Position numbers and translations under genes: made by a program. From positions 1 through 41,159 of the IMG/VR virus record IMGVR_UViG_3300030333_004009: a stretch of DNA of 41,159 nucleotides. One strand, written 5' to 3'. Source of the DNA: a virus. Lineage: Duplodnaviria; Caudoviricetes. The notes under the pieces are model-generated. The model saw nothing but the letters and a program-made list of their open reading frames with translations, made no database searches and was not told the origin of the DNA. The first letter of the stretch is position 1, and every line of letters starts with the position of its first letter. This document shows positions 27,344-36,425 of this stretch, piece after piece.

Positions 27344-27981
27344 TATTCAACTTACAGCAAATAACAGAACACTTAAAAATCCAGATAGGCGGAGCCCTTC
27401 ATGTCGGGGCTTTTGTGGGCGAGGAGCTAGAAGCCTATAGATCCATGGGCCTAACAAACACAATAATGTTTGAACCTCAAAAAGATCTATACGAAATAGT
27501 GAAGGCTAAGTGTATAGGAGATGAAAGAGTTTTCAATGTTGCGCTAGGAAGCTATCAGCACACAGCGGAAATGTTCATCTCTCATACAGAGGGCGGGATT
27601 GCTAACGGCTCCGGTGCTTCCAGCTCTCTCTACAAACCCAAAAAGCATTTGACAGAACATCCACATGTGAAATTTAATTCTAAGCAGGAGGTAAAAGTTG
27701 AGTGTTTAGACAGCTTTTTAGAAGATAATAGTATTGACACTTCTGGTTACAACTTTTTGAACATTGATGTTCAAGGTTACGAACTAGAGGTTCTTACTGG
27801 AGGATTAAAATTCCTGTCTCAAGTTGATCTAGCTGTTATCGAGGTTAACAGAGATGAAGTCTATGAGCACTGCCCAATGGTAGGAGATATAGATGAGGTT
27901 ATGAACAAGTTTGGGCTTGGTAGAGCTCACACATTTTGGCAATCAGAAAGCTGGGGCGATGCCCTGTATGTGAGGTTATAA
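27340..27981 (+). CDS. FkbM-family SAM methyltransferase
   Basis: LHVGAFVGEE, FEPQ, NVALG, NFLNIDVQGYELEVL, WGDALY. Confidence 0.9.
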   Translation: MIFNLQQITEHLKIQIGGALHVGAFVGEELEAYRSMGLTNTIMFEPQKDLYEIVKAKCIGDERVFNVALGSYQHTAEMFISHTEGGIANGSGASSSLYKPKKHLTEHPHVKFNSKQEVKVECLDSFLEDNSIDTSGYNFLNIDVQGYELEVLTGGLKFLSQVDLAVIEVNRDEVYEHCPMVGDIDEVMNKFGLGRAHTFWQSESWGDALYVRL

Positions 27982-27982
27982 T

Positions 27983-28789
27983 ATGAGTTTCTTTGAAATG
28001 TGTCAGATAGAAACATCTTTATTTGACATTGAATTTGCTAGACAAGATCCGCATTGGGATATGGTCAAGAATGCTTATGAAAACAATTTGGCTAGAAATG
28101 ACGAGGATTGCGCCATACCTAAAATAATCCATTTCATATGGCTTGGGTGCAAGCTCCCCGAGAAATATGAAAGTATCCTTCAGGGCTGGAAAGACAATAA
28201 TCCTGAGTTTGAAATTTGGCTCTGGGATGACGAGAAGGTTGAGACCTTCCTTCCTCAAATGATAAACAAAGAGCTTTACGGGAAGACTGATAGCTTTGGA
28301 CATAAGTCTGACATGCTGCGCTACGAAATACTTAAGAGGTATGGAGGTCTTTATGTAGATGTGGACTTCTTATGTAATGGCAACTTTTCCCATGCTCATG
28401 ACAAGTATTGTTTCTATGCTGGCATATGCCTAGAAAGACCCGTGCAGCTTAATAACGGAATTATGGCATCAATGCCTAACCACCCTATATTAGATATATG
28501 TATAGACCAAATGCGTCTAGATAACCCTTGGAATATAGCATGTCCACACACGTTAGTATTATTTCAAACAGGGCCTTGGGCTTTGACTAGAAGTGTGCTT
28601 CATTACTTGGAAACCGTTGGTGATGAAGGAGTCATGATATATCCATCTACGACATTCCATCCTTTCCCAGCAGCTCTAAGGCATGATCCTACCGATGAGC
28701 TAATTAAATCTTTCTATAAGCCTTGGACAATGGCCTGCCACTTATGGCATTCAAGTTGGTCAGAGAAATCGGAGCACTACAATGGATGA
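27983..28789 (+). CDS. GT32 (OCH1-like, DxD) glycosyltransferase
   Basis: IPKIIHFIWLG, SDMLRYEILKRYGGLYVDVD, TGP, HLWHSSW. Confidence 0.9.
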   Translation: MSFFEMCQIETSLFDIEFARQDPHWDMVKNAYENNLARNDEDCAIPKIIHFIWLGCKLPEKYESILQGWKDNNPEFEIWLWDDEKVETFLPQMINKELYGKTDSFGHKSDMLRYEILKRYGGLYVDVDFLCNGNFSHAHDKYCFYAGICLERPVQLNNGIMASMPNHPILDICIDQMRLDNPWNIACPHTLVLFQTGPWALTRSVLHYLETVGDEGVMIYPSTTFHPFPAALRHDPTDELIKSFYKPWTMACHLWHSSWSEKSEHYNG

Positions 28790-29615
28790 TTTTGCGATCA
28801 AAACTAACCATGAAAACCCTCCTCATAACTATGAAATTTTTGAAGAGTACTTCTACAAAAGGTTTCGTAGGGAGTCTCCATCGACTCAGAGAGAGTATTT
28901 GCCAGTATGCTGGACGAATTATTACGTGTCGAAAAATTACTGCAATGATGACATGTCTGACCTGCAGCAGTATCTTGACTCTCTGGATAGAGGTAAGGAT
29001 TACTTTACTATATGTCAATGGGATGATGGTATAGTCAGCAATATTGAAGGTTTAAATTTGGAGGTGTACTCATCTGGCGGTGTCGGAGACTATGCCTATC
29101 CGCTTAACTGCATGCCTCATAATACGCAAGACTCAAAAGATCGAACTATATTAGCAAGCTTTGTTGGGGCTATATATGGAAGACATAGCGTTAGAGAAGC
29201 AATGGCTTCTGAACTAGGAGATAAACAGGATATATTTATTAGCGAGAGTATCACCTTTGAAAGGTTTCAAGAGGTGCTAGTCAATTCTATCTTTGCGTTG
29301 TGTCCTAGAGGTTATGGGAAAACCTCCTTCAGAATATGCGAAGCCTTAGAAGCAAGAGTGATACCTGTTTATATTTATGATGAACCTTGGATTCCATTTG
29401 AAGATAAATTGAGCTTTGAGGAATATGGCGTTCTTTGCCATGTAAACGAATTGCCCCTCCTACATAAAAGGCTTATCAAAATGACCGAAGATATAAACAC
29501 TATACAAGACTTAATAACTAGAGGTGGCGAAGTATACAAAAGCTACTATTCATTTGATGGATGTTACAGTAACATCATTGCCAGAGAGATGGGGAAGCCC
29601 AATGAAAACAACTAA
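28782..29615 (+). CDS. Exostosin-like (GT47) glycosyltransferase
   Basis: LASFVG, SIFALCPRGYGKTSFRICEALEARVIPVYIYDEPWIPF. Confidence 0.85.
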   Translation: MDDFAIKTNHENPPHNYEIFEEYFYKRFRRESPSTQREYLPVCWTNYYVSKNYCNDDMSDLQQYLDSLDRGKDYFTICQWDDGIVSNIEGLNLEVYSSGGVGDYAYPLNCMPHNTQDSKDRTILASFVGAIYGRHSVREAMASELGDKQDIFISESITFERFQEVLVNSIFALCPRGYGKTSFRICEALEARVIPVYIYDEPWIPFEDKLSFEEYGVLCHVNELPLLHKRLIKMTEDINTIQDLITRGGEVYKSYYSFDGCYSNIIAREMGKPNENN

Positions 29616-30528
29616 AATTAACTTTGAAAAGATGTATGGCGGTTTCTTAAAAGAAGACAACCTGATTACAAACACGCTGAGATTAAGATATAACGTAGTT
29701 ATCGACGAAAGCAACCCAGATGTAATATTCTGTCAGGACTTTCCCGGAGATCCCGCTGCGCCTGTAACAGCTAGTAGGCTTGGGCGAAGTAAAATCGTAC
29801 ATTGGTTTATAGAATCTTTAGATAAAACCGGGATGCCAAACTATGACCAGTGCAACTTTTCTATAAGCTCGTGTAAATTTGATCATCCGCAAAACATAAG
29901 GATACCACTTTGGGCACTTTACATTGACTGGTTTGGTAGACCGTATAACCCAAACAGAAACCAAGCTTTCTTGGTGTGTCCTGAAAAACTACTACAACCA
30001 AAGACATATCAACCTAAAGATAAGTTCTGTTCGATTTTGACAAACAACGGGCAAGGGTTAAGAGGAAGTGTATACCCATACTTTATACAGTACTTCATAG
30101 ACAGAGGGCTTCTAGTTGAGAGCAGAGGCAACTACCTAAGAAACATGGAGTCGATACAAGAGGGTCCGGGCGGAGACGAGAAGGTAAAGTTAGAATACAT
30201 TAAAAACTTCAAGTTTCACCTATGCTTTGACAATAGTGAATTTGATGGATGGATTACAGAAAAACTTATTCATCCTCTCTATGAAGGTGTCATCCCTATA
30301 TATTGGGGATGTCCAGATGTTATAGAAGAATTTAACAAGGACGCTTTTATTCATGTAAGAGATTTTGAAAATTCTGAGGAGGTGTGCGATAAGGTGCTGG
30401 AGATATATCACAACCCAGACATGTTTAAGGATATACAGGCTCAGCCTACTTTCCCCGGCAATAAAATTCCAGAACACGCTAAACCGGAAGCCATACTAGA
30501 AGATTTAACAAGGATTATTGAATCGTAA
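29602..30528 (+). CDS. GT10 alpha-1,3/4-fucosyltransferase-like protein
   Basis: FKFHLCFDNSEFDGWITEKLIHPLYEGVIPIYWG matches the alpha-1,3-FucT motif; RIPLW; FIHVRDF. Confidence 0.88.
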   Translation: MKTTKINFEKMYGGFLKEDNLITNTLRLRYNVVIDESNPDVIFCQDFPGDPAAPVTASRLGRSKIVHWFIESLDKTGMPNYDQCNFSISSCKFDHPQNIRIPLWALYIDWFGRPYNPNRNQAFLVCPEKLLQPKTYQPKDKFCSILTNNGQGLRGSVYPYFIQYFIDRGLLVESRGNYLRNMESIQEGPGGDEKVKLEYIKNFKFHLCFDNSEFDGWITEKLIHPLYEGVIPIYWGCPDVIEEFNKDAFIHVRDFENSEEVCDKVLEIYHNPDMFKDIQAQPTFPGNKIPEHAKPEAILEDLTRIIES

Positions 30529-31691
30529 TGACAGCACCAATTAAGTTATGCTCCGATATCATTGGAAAGCAAGATATAGACCTGCTGATCGAATGGCTCA
30601 AAGATGTACCTAGACTCACCAAAGGGGAGAAGACACTTGAGTTTGAAGATGGGTTCTCTAAGAAAGTTGGCTCCAAGCACTCTATATACTGTAACTCTGG
30701 CTCTTCGGCTAATCTCTTGATTGTCTCGGCTCTACAACAAATGGGACTTTTGCATAATAACAAAGTCGTAGTGCCGCAGGTATCTTGGTCTACGACAGTT
30801 TTCCCAGTGATCCAGTTTGGTTTAACACCAGTTCTATGTGATTGTAATTTAGATAACTTAGGTATTGATATCACGCATCTAGAACAAATAATATGTGACG
30901 AAAAACCGGCAGCCATTATCTTAGTTCATGTACTCGGCTTTGACTCACACATAGAAAAGATTATTGAACTGTGTGAAGCAAATAACGTAATTGTCATTGA
31001 AGACACTTGTGAGAGTTTAGGATCAAAGACATCTGAAAAGATGCTTGGCACATTCGGGCTCGCCAGCTCGTTCTCTTTTTACTTTGGTCATCACATCTCC
31101 ACAATAGAAGGAGGGATGGTCTGCACAGATAATGACGACTTTGCGGACATGGTGCGAATGATTAGAAGTCATGGATGGGATAGAGATCTAAGCGACGAGA
31201 AGAAACAGGAGTATAGAAGCGCGTGTAAAGCTACAGACTTTGACTCTCTTTACAAGTTTTATTATGCTGGATTTAACTTAAGATCCACTGACTTACAGGC
31301 TTTTCTTGGTATCAATCAACTAGATAAGATAGAATTTATAACAGAACAGCGACAAAGAAATTACTTTACGTATAGAAACAATTTAAGAGACGACCTATGG
31401 AAGCCTATGCTGGAAAAAAATCAGGACACCGTATCGAATATGGGTTATCCGATTATCGTTGAAAACAAAAATGAAATATACAATGCTCTCTCGAAAGAAG
31501 AAATAGAATGTAGACCGCTTGTTGCCGGAAGCATGGGAATGCAACCAGCTTGGGTTAACTTGTATGGAGAGAGCGCTATGACAAATGCTACCGTAATTGA
31601 CAAAAAAGGAATGTATCTTCCTAATCATCAAGATCTCACCGAACAGAATATTATTGATATATGTTCTATTATTAATAAGGAGGCCCAGTAA
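30528..31691 (+). CDS. DegT/DnrJ-fold PLP enzyme, ColD-like GDP-4-keto-6-deoxymannose 3-dehydratase
   Basis: NSGSSANLL, EDTCESLG, SFYFGHHISTIEGGM (His where aminotransferases have the Schiff-base Lys), RSHGWDRDL, GFNLR; 387 aa. Confidence 0.85.
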   Translation: MTAPIKLCSDIIGKQDIDLLIEWLKDVPRLTKGEKTLEFEDGFSKKVGSKHSIYCNSGSSANLLIVSALQQMGLLHNNKVVVPQVSWSTTVFPVIQFGLTPVLCDCNLDNLGIDITHLEQIICDEKPAAIILVHVLGFDSHIEKIIELCEANNVIVIEDTCESLGSKTSEKMLGTFGLASSFSFYFGHHISTIEGGMVCTDNDDFADMVRMIRSHGWDRDLSDEKKQEYRSACKATDFDSLYKFYYAGFNLRSTDLQAFLGINQLDKIEFITEQRQRNYFTYRNNLRDDLWKPMLEKNQDTVSNMGYPIIVENKNEIYNALSKEEIECRPLVAGSMGMQPAWVNLYGESAMTNATVIDKKGMYLPNHQDLTEQNIIDICSIINKEAQ

Positions 31692-32554
31692 TGTCGGAGA
31701 TAATCAACTTAGCAAAAGGCAATGGCGATGACCATGTGTATGAAGAGGCAATCAAAATAGCCTCCAAAAAGCTCAAGAATGACTATAGTTTTATTATACA
31801 AGTATGGGATCATGAGCTGCCGAAAGAAACCAAGTACCCAAAGGTTTTTATCTCAACTTCAGATGAGTCACATAAAGTCCCTAAGCAAATCCACGATGAG
31901 GATTTTGTGCATATATTTAAACAATATATACCGCTTTCAAGATGGAGTCAGGGAGATCAAGATGCCACATCTGTAGAATTCTCACTTTTGGGTGATGTAA
32001 TACGAAAGAAGGTCACAGCGCTACCTTTATGCCACCTTAAGGGCGTAGAAGATCAAGGCCTATCTATAAAAGAAAGAAAGTACGATTGGTCTTGGATGGG
32101 CCAGTTTAATCCATATACTAGACTATATTTTAGAGGTCAAATTGAGAAGTTACTTAGCGAACGCCCCGACTGTGAGAGCAAAGTGTTGTGGTACGACGGA
32201 TGGAACAATGGAGAGGATGCAGAATCATATTCAGATGTTATAAATAATACTAAGATAGTTCCAGTGCCTATTGGCTCTGGGAGTTATGAAAGCTTTAGGT
32301 TTTTTGAAGCTATGATGTGTGGGTGCGTAGTGTTAAACACAGCGTTGCCAACCACGGACTTCTATAACAACGCGCGACATGTAAGACTTAAGAATTGGGA
32401 TCAGCTTATTCGTGCAGTTGACATACTGATGGAAGATCCTGACCGCATGCAGGTATTATCGGATAGGGCTCGAAAGTGGTATAAGGATTTCTGTTCGCCA
32501 GAAGCAATATCAAATCTGATCATTTCCAAACTGGAGGGTGTCATTGAAAACTAA
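31691..32554 (+). CDS. GT-B glycosyltransferase, exostosin/GT47-like C-terminal domain
   Basis: ERKYDWSWMGQ, TKIVPVPIGSGSYESFRFFEAMMCGCVV. Confidence 0.72.
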   Translation: MSEIINLAKGNGDDHVYEEAIKIASKKLKNDYSFIIQVWDHELPKETKYPKVFISTSDESHKVPKQIHDEDFVHIFKQYIPLSRWSQGDQDATSVEFSLLGDVIRKKVTALPLCHLKGVEDQGLSIKERKYDWSWMGQFNPYTRLYFRGQIEKLLSERPDCESKVLWYDGWNNGEDAESYSDVINNTKIVPVPIGSGSYESFRFFEAMMCGCVVLNTALPTTDFYNNARHVRLKNWDQLIRAVDILMEDPDRMQVLSDRARKWYKDFCSPEAISNLIISKLEGVIEN

Positions 32555-33260
32555 ATTCTATGTCATGCATTACAAGCAGGCGCCAGAGAGAAGAAATATA
32601 CTGCAGCCCAAGCTAGAAGAGCTAGGAATAGACGCAGAGTGGTATACGGACTACGACCAAGAAGACCTTACCGAAGAGTTGATAGACGAACTATATTCTG
32701 AAGATTTGGAGTTATTCAAACACAGAATGGACGGATGGAAAACTGATGAAGATTATAGGAACTACAAAGGGATAACAAGATCTCATTTGTCTTTGGTGAT
32801 AAAGTTTATTAAATGTATTGAGACTATAGCAGAATCTGACTATGATAACGTGGTCTTTTTTGAAGACGACGTTGTATTTGATGACGGTAGGTATGGTTTC
32901 ATACAAGGAAACAAGGACTTAATATTTGAATATATCAATATGGCGGAAGAAATCGGTTGGGATGTTTTGTTTTTTGGTGGAGCTTTTGATCACGGACTTA
33001 TAAATAATAAAATAAAAGGGCAGTATAAAAACTTGTTAGAGGTAGATCACCCGTCAACTAACACAACCTCCTCATTCGCCATGACTAAAGAGGCGTGTGT
33101 AAAAATACTAGACACACTATACCCGGTATGCAACTCGGTTGACTGGGAGTTCAACTATCATTTTGCCGCCAATAATTTCAGAGTGTTTCATACCTTCCCT
33201 TATATCTGCGGGCAGGCATCTACTTCTGGCAGATGTGAAAGCACACTGACTCTAAAATAA
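32538..33260 (+). CDS. GT25-like glycosyltransferase
   Basis: YVMHYKQAPERR, LSL, VVFFEDDV, WDVLFFG, VDW; GTG start with GGAG upstream. Confidence 0.8.
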   Translation: MSLKTKFYVMHYKQAPERRNILQPKLEELGIDAEWYTDYDQEDLTEELIDELYSEDLELFKHRMDGWKTDEDYRNYKGITRSHLSLVIKFIKCIETIAESDYDNVVFFEDDVVFDDGRYGFIQGNKDLIFEYINMAEEIGWDVLFFGGAFDHGLINNKIKGQYKNLLEVDHPSTNTTSSFAMTKEACVKILDTLYPVCNSVDWEFNYHFAANNFRVFHTFPYICGQASTSGRCESTLTLK

Positions 33261-33279
33261 TAATCTAAGGAATTTGAAC

Positions 33280-34041
33280 ATGAAGAAAGTACTTTTTACA
33301 ATAGCTAGATACGAGGATGAACGACAGGCATTCTTTGAAAAATATACTAGACCTAAGAATAAACGATACTGTCAAAAGAACGGCTTTGAATATATAGAAT
33401 ATAATGATGATGGGCATAAGCATAGAGATTCCCTCACCAGATCTTGGGATAAGTTTGGCAAAGTGCGAGAGCTAATGGAAGATGGACATCTAAAGCCCGG
33501 TGACATAGTGACAAATGTAGACGCAGATATGTGTTTGGTGGATGAAAACTGCCCACTAATCACAAACAAGACTTTTTCCTACGCAATAGATTCCTGTAAC
33601 ACTCACTGCATGGGGGCATATTCTTTGAAAATTAATGAGTGGGGAATGAATTTAGTTAGGCTTATTTTAGACGAAGATAGATATAATAAATATAAAGACC
33701 ATAAAACTATTGGTTCTATGGGGGAGATGAGTTCCTTTTGGGAGATCTTTGGTGAACAAGCTTCTTGGTACAGTCTAGCTGGAATTAAACGTCATAGCTG
33801 GACACCGTTTCTCTTGATGCCCCACTATGGGTGGCACTCGGAAACCAATGAAGATACAGCTTATTCCCTAGAAGAGCTATACGCCAATGTTGAAGTCTTA
33901 GACCCGAATTGGAATGTCACTCACATACCCGAAGAAGACGGCAATGACCAATTCTATATGCTTCCCACTCGCAGAGAAGATGTTATCATCAGGCATTTTG
34001 CGGGAGGAAGAAAGTGGAGAAGAGAGTATTTCGAGGAGTAA
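33280..34041 (+). CDS. GT34-like (galactosyl/xylosyltransferase-type) GT-A protein
   Basis: NKRYCQKNGFEY, WDK, VDADM DxD, EQASW, WN, RHFAG. Confidence 0.65.
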   Translation: MKKVLFTIARYEDERQAFFEKYTRPKNKRYCQKNGFEYIEYNDDGHKHRDSLTRSWDKFGKVRELMEDGHLKPGDIVTNVDADMCLVDENCPLITNKTFSYAIDSCNTHCMGAYSLKINEWGMNLVRLILDEDRYNKYKDHKTIGSMGEMSSFWEIFGEQASWYSLAGIKRHSWTPFLLMPHYGWHSETNEDTAYSLEELYANVEVLDPNWNVTHIPEEDGNDQFYMLPTRREDVIIRHFAGGRKWRREYFEE

Positions 34042-34044
34042 ACA

Positions 34045-34512
34045 ATGAAGAATATAGCAGCTTTAGTCGATAGCTTATCACCAACACAAATGTCCTTTTA
34101 TTTGATAAAAGAATTCAATAATTTTGTAAAAAATGTTGATTATTCCCCGTGTTGTTTCTATAATAATTTAATGGCAACCGTTTTACCGCCATTTTTTAGC
34201 TGTATGAACATATCTTTTTTTTCAAACTTTAAGGGTGACGCTATAGCTACTAGCATAGAAACAGCCAACCTTCTGTTGAAAACAAACAATTCATGCAATA
34301 GATATCTTTACTTGTGGGACATGGAGTGGTTAAGAAACCCTCTAGCGTTTGAAACCATGAGTGAGATAATGAATGATGAAAGGATAAAGCTCATAGCTAG
34401 AAGCGACTCGCATAAGGATTTAATCGAAAACTTCTGCAATAGAGAGGTCATCGGAATTGTGGATGACTGGAATGTAGACCAACTTCAGGAGCTTCTATAT
34501 GGACACGAATAA
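34045..34512 (+). CDS. Hypothetical protein (possibly an isolated GT-B-like Rossmann domain)
   Basis: 155-aa alpha/beta ORF, IATS...YLYLWDMEW...LIARS; ends the glycan locus. Confidence 0.65.
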   Translation: MKNIAALVDSLSPTQMSFYLIKEFNNFVKNVDYSPCCFYNNLMATVLPPFFSCMNISFFSNFKGDAIATSIETANLLLKTNNSCNRYLYLWDMEWLRNPLAFETMSEIMNDERIKLIARSDSHKDLIENFCNREVIGIVDDWNVDQLQELLYGHE

Positions 34513-35266
34513 AATAATACAACACTATGTAGAAGATGGCATGAGCACGCAAGCCATCGCAAAAAAGTTTGATACCTATCCAAACAAAATTAGGCGACTT
34601 CTTCTGAGTAATGGCGTAGAACTTAGAGGTAAAAGCGCTGCTCAAAAGATGGCATTAGAATCAGGAAGGGCTAAACACCCCTCTAAAGGCAAGAGACGGA
34701 GCGAGGAAGACAGGTTAAAGATCAGTAAGTCAATGGAGTCGCATTGGAAAAACATGTCGGAAGTAGAGAGGAAAAGACGTTCAGACCTTTCTAAGAAGCA
34801 ATGGGCTGAGATGTCGGAGGTAGAAAAAACATCTCTACGAAAAAAGGCGCATCAGGCATTGCTAAAAGCTTCGAGAGAAGGATCAAAAGCGGAAAAGTAT
34901 TTATCAAAGAATCTTAGAGAGATTGGCCATGAGGTCATAATGCATAAGAAGGATTTGATTGAAGGAAACTTTGAAATAGATCTGTTTCTTCCTGAGTTAA
35001 AAACTATAATAGAGATAGATGGCCCGCAACACTTTATGCCATTATTTGGAGAAAAGAATTTGCGTAATTATGTTAAAGGTGACTCAAAAAAGAGTGGAGC
35101 CTTACTAGCTAAAGGGTACTGTGTTATAAGAATTAAATATTTGTGCAAGCATATGTCTGCAGCAATCGCTAGAAGGTTGTGGGATTTAGTGCTGCCAGAG
35201 ATTAATAGAATTGAAAAGAAGTTTCCCGCCAAAGGGAAAAGGTTAATTGAATTGGAGATTTCATAA
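34499..35266 (+). CDS. Endonuclease with HTH, NUMOD3-like and Vsr/DUF559-like domains (homing-endonuclease-like)
   Basis: GMSTQAIAKKFDTYPNKIRRLL (HTH), KGKRRSEEDRLKISKS (NUMOD3-like), EIDLFLPELKTIIEIDGPQH...KGYCVIRI. Confidence 0.78.
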   Translation: MDTNKIIQHYVEDGMSTQAIAKKFDTYPNKIRRLLLSNGVELRGKSAAQKMALESGRAKHPSKGKRRSEEDRLKISKSMESHWKNMSEVERKRRSDLSKKQWAEMSEVEKTSLRKKAHQALLKASREGSKAEKYLSKNLREIGHEVIMHKKDLIEGNFEIDLFLPELKTIIEIDGPQHFMPLFGEKNLRNYVKGDSKKSGALLAKGYCVIRIKYLCKHMSAAIARRLWDLVLPEINRIEKKFPAKGKRLIELEIS

Positions 35267-36033
35267 TGAATCAAGAACTTGAAACAGAATTGTTTGACTT
35301 TGAAGAAGTTACAGACAGCGATGTAATCGCTACACCAAAAGATCCAGATGTGCCTGAGTACGGCACGAAGGAGTGGAATGACTATGTTATGAGCCATTTC
35401 CGAAAAGACGAACTGATTGACGGTAATCCAATTTGCGCAGGACTAAGAAGGGTAGCTGCGATTCTTTTGGGTGACGTTGTAGAGTCTGGCCCAGATCAAA
35501 TTTTCCCAGCGACTGACCCCAATGGTCCCGGCAGAGCTACCGTTGTATATGCGGTAGCAATTAACTGGATGAACAGCGGTCAGGTTCGTGTATTTAAGGA
35601 GGTTGCGGATGTGTGGCATGGTAATACTGATGATCTGTTCTGCGCTCATCCTGTCGCTACTGCTAGCACGAGGGCTGAAGGGAGAGCTTTAAGAAAGGCT
35701 TTGGGTGTTCGATGTCTAGCTGCTGAAGAGTTAGCAAGAAAAGATATTGTGTCCATTGTGAAACAGAGTGTGCAGAAAGATAATCCTACTGATGGTGAAT
35801 GGGATGAGGATGCTTTAATTAGTAGTTCCCAGATTAACTTTATAGACAACAAATGTAGACAGCTCGATGTCAATGTCATGGCTTTTGTAAACATGGGCGA
35901 GTTGGACTATGAAAAAATTGACGACGTAGAGAAGAAGAAGGCTTCGGCTATGCTTGGTGTGTTAAATAAATATCAGACTAAACAGACACCGATTCCTGAA
36001 GAAGTTTTAGGGTATAACAAGAATTGGAGGTAA
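35266..36033 (+). CDS. Hypothetical protein, possible Rad52/Sak-like ssDNA-annealing protein
   Basis: ATASTRAEGRALRKALGV...AEE helix, and C-terminal SSSQINFI...KKKASAML domain, resemble phage annealing proteins. Function is inference. Confidence 0.5.
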   Translation: MNQELETELFDFEEVTDSDVIATPKDPDVPEYGTKEWNDYVMSHFRKDELIDGNPICAGLRRVAAILLGDVVESGPDQIFPATDPNGPGRATVVYAVAINWMNSGQVRVFKEVADVWHGNTDDLFCAHPVATASTRAEGRALRKALGVRCLAAEELARKDIVSIVKQSVQKDNPTDGEWDEDALISSSQINFIDNKCRQLDVNVMAFVNMGELDYEKIDDVEKKKASAMLGVLNKYQTKQTPIPEEVLGYNKNWR

Positions 36034-36035
36034 CA

Positions 36036-36365
36036 ATGAAAGTAGTATACACGACAAACACTCTTAAAGTGGAATTTGATGGGGAAAGCGTAAAGGATAT
36101 CTGGAATCAGCTTGCTGTATTTCAGGAGGTATTTGGCGAAGACACTTGTGGTAAGTGCGGCTCATCAAATCTTAGGTTTGTGGTAAGGGAAAATGACGGC
36201 AATCAGTATTACGAATTACGGTGTAATGATTGCGGCGCAAAACTTTCTTTTGGTGTCAATAGATCAGGAGGAGGATTATTCCCAAGACGCAAGAGTGCTG
36301 ATGGAGAGTGGCTACCAGATAGAGGGTGGCAGAAGTGGAACCCAAAAACGAAGTCCCTTGAATAA
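36036..36365 (+). CDS. Zinc-ribbon protein
   Basis: CGKCGS...CNDCGA; GGAGG RBS before ATG 36036. Confidence 0.78.
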   Translation: MKVVYTTNTLKVEFDGESVKDIWNQLAVFQEVFGEDTCGKCGSSNLRFVVRENDGNQYYELRCNDCGAKLSFGVNRSGGGLFPRRKSADGEWLPDRGWQKWNPKTKSLE

Positions 36366-36386
36366 GGGAATGTTCCGGTTAAGGCA

Positions 36387-36421
36387 GCCTCGCTCAGGGA
36401 AACTTGAGCGGGGTTTCTTTA
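36387..36421 (+). terminator. Rho-independent terminator of the + strand block
   Basis: GCCTCGCTCAGG-GAAA-CTTGAGCGGGGT 12-bp stem (3 G:U) followed by TTCTTT. Confidence 0.85.
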
Positions 36422-36425
36422 TGCC

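Noticed and set aside
17936-34512. Ordinary bacterial O-antigen/capsule operon
   Set aside because: No wzx/wzy/wzz/ABC transporter or priming transferase, and the flanks are phage-type replication and structural genes.
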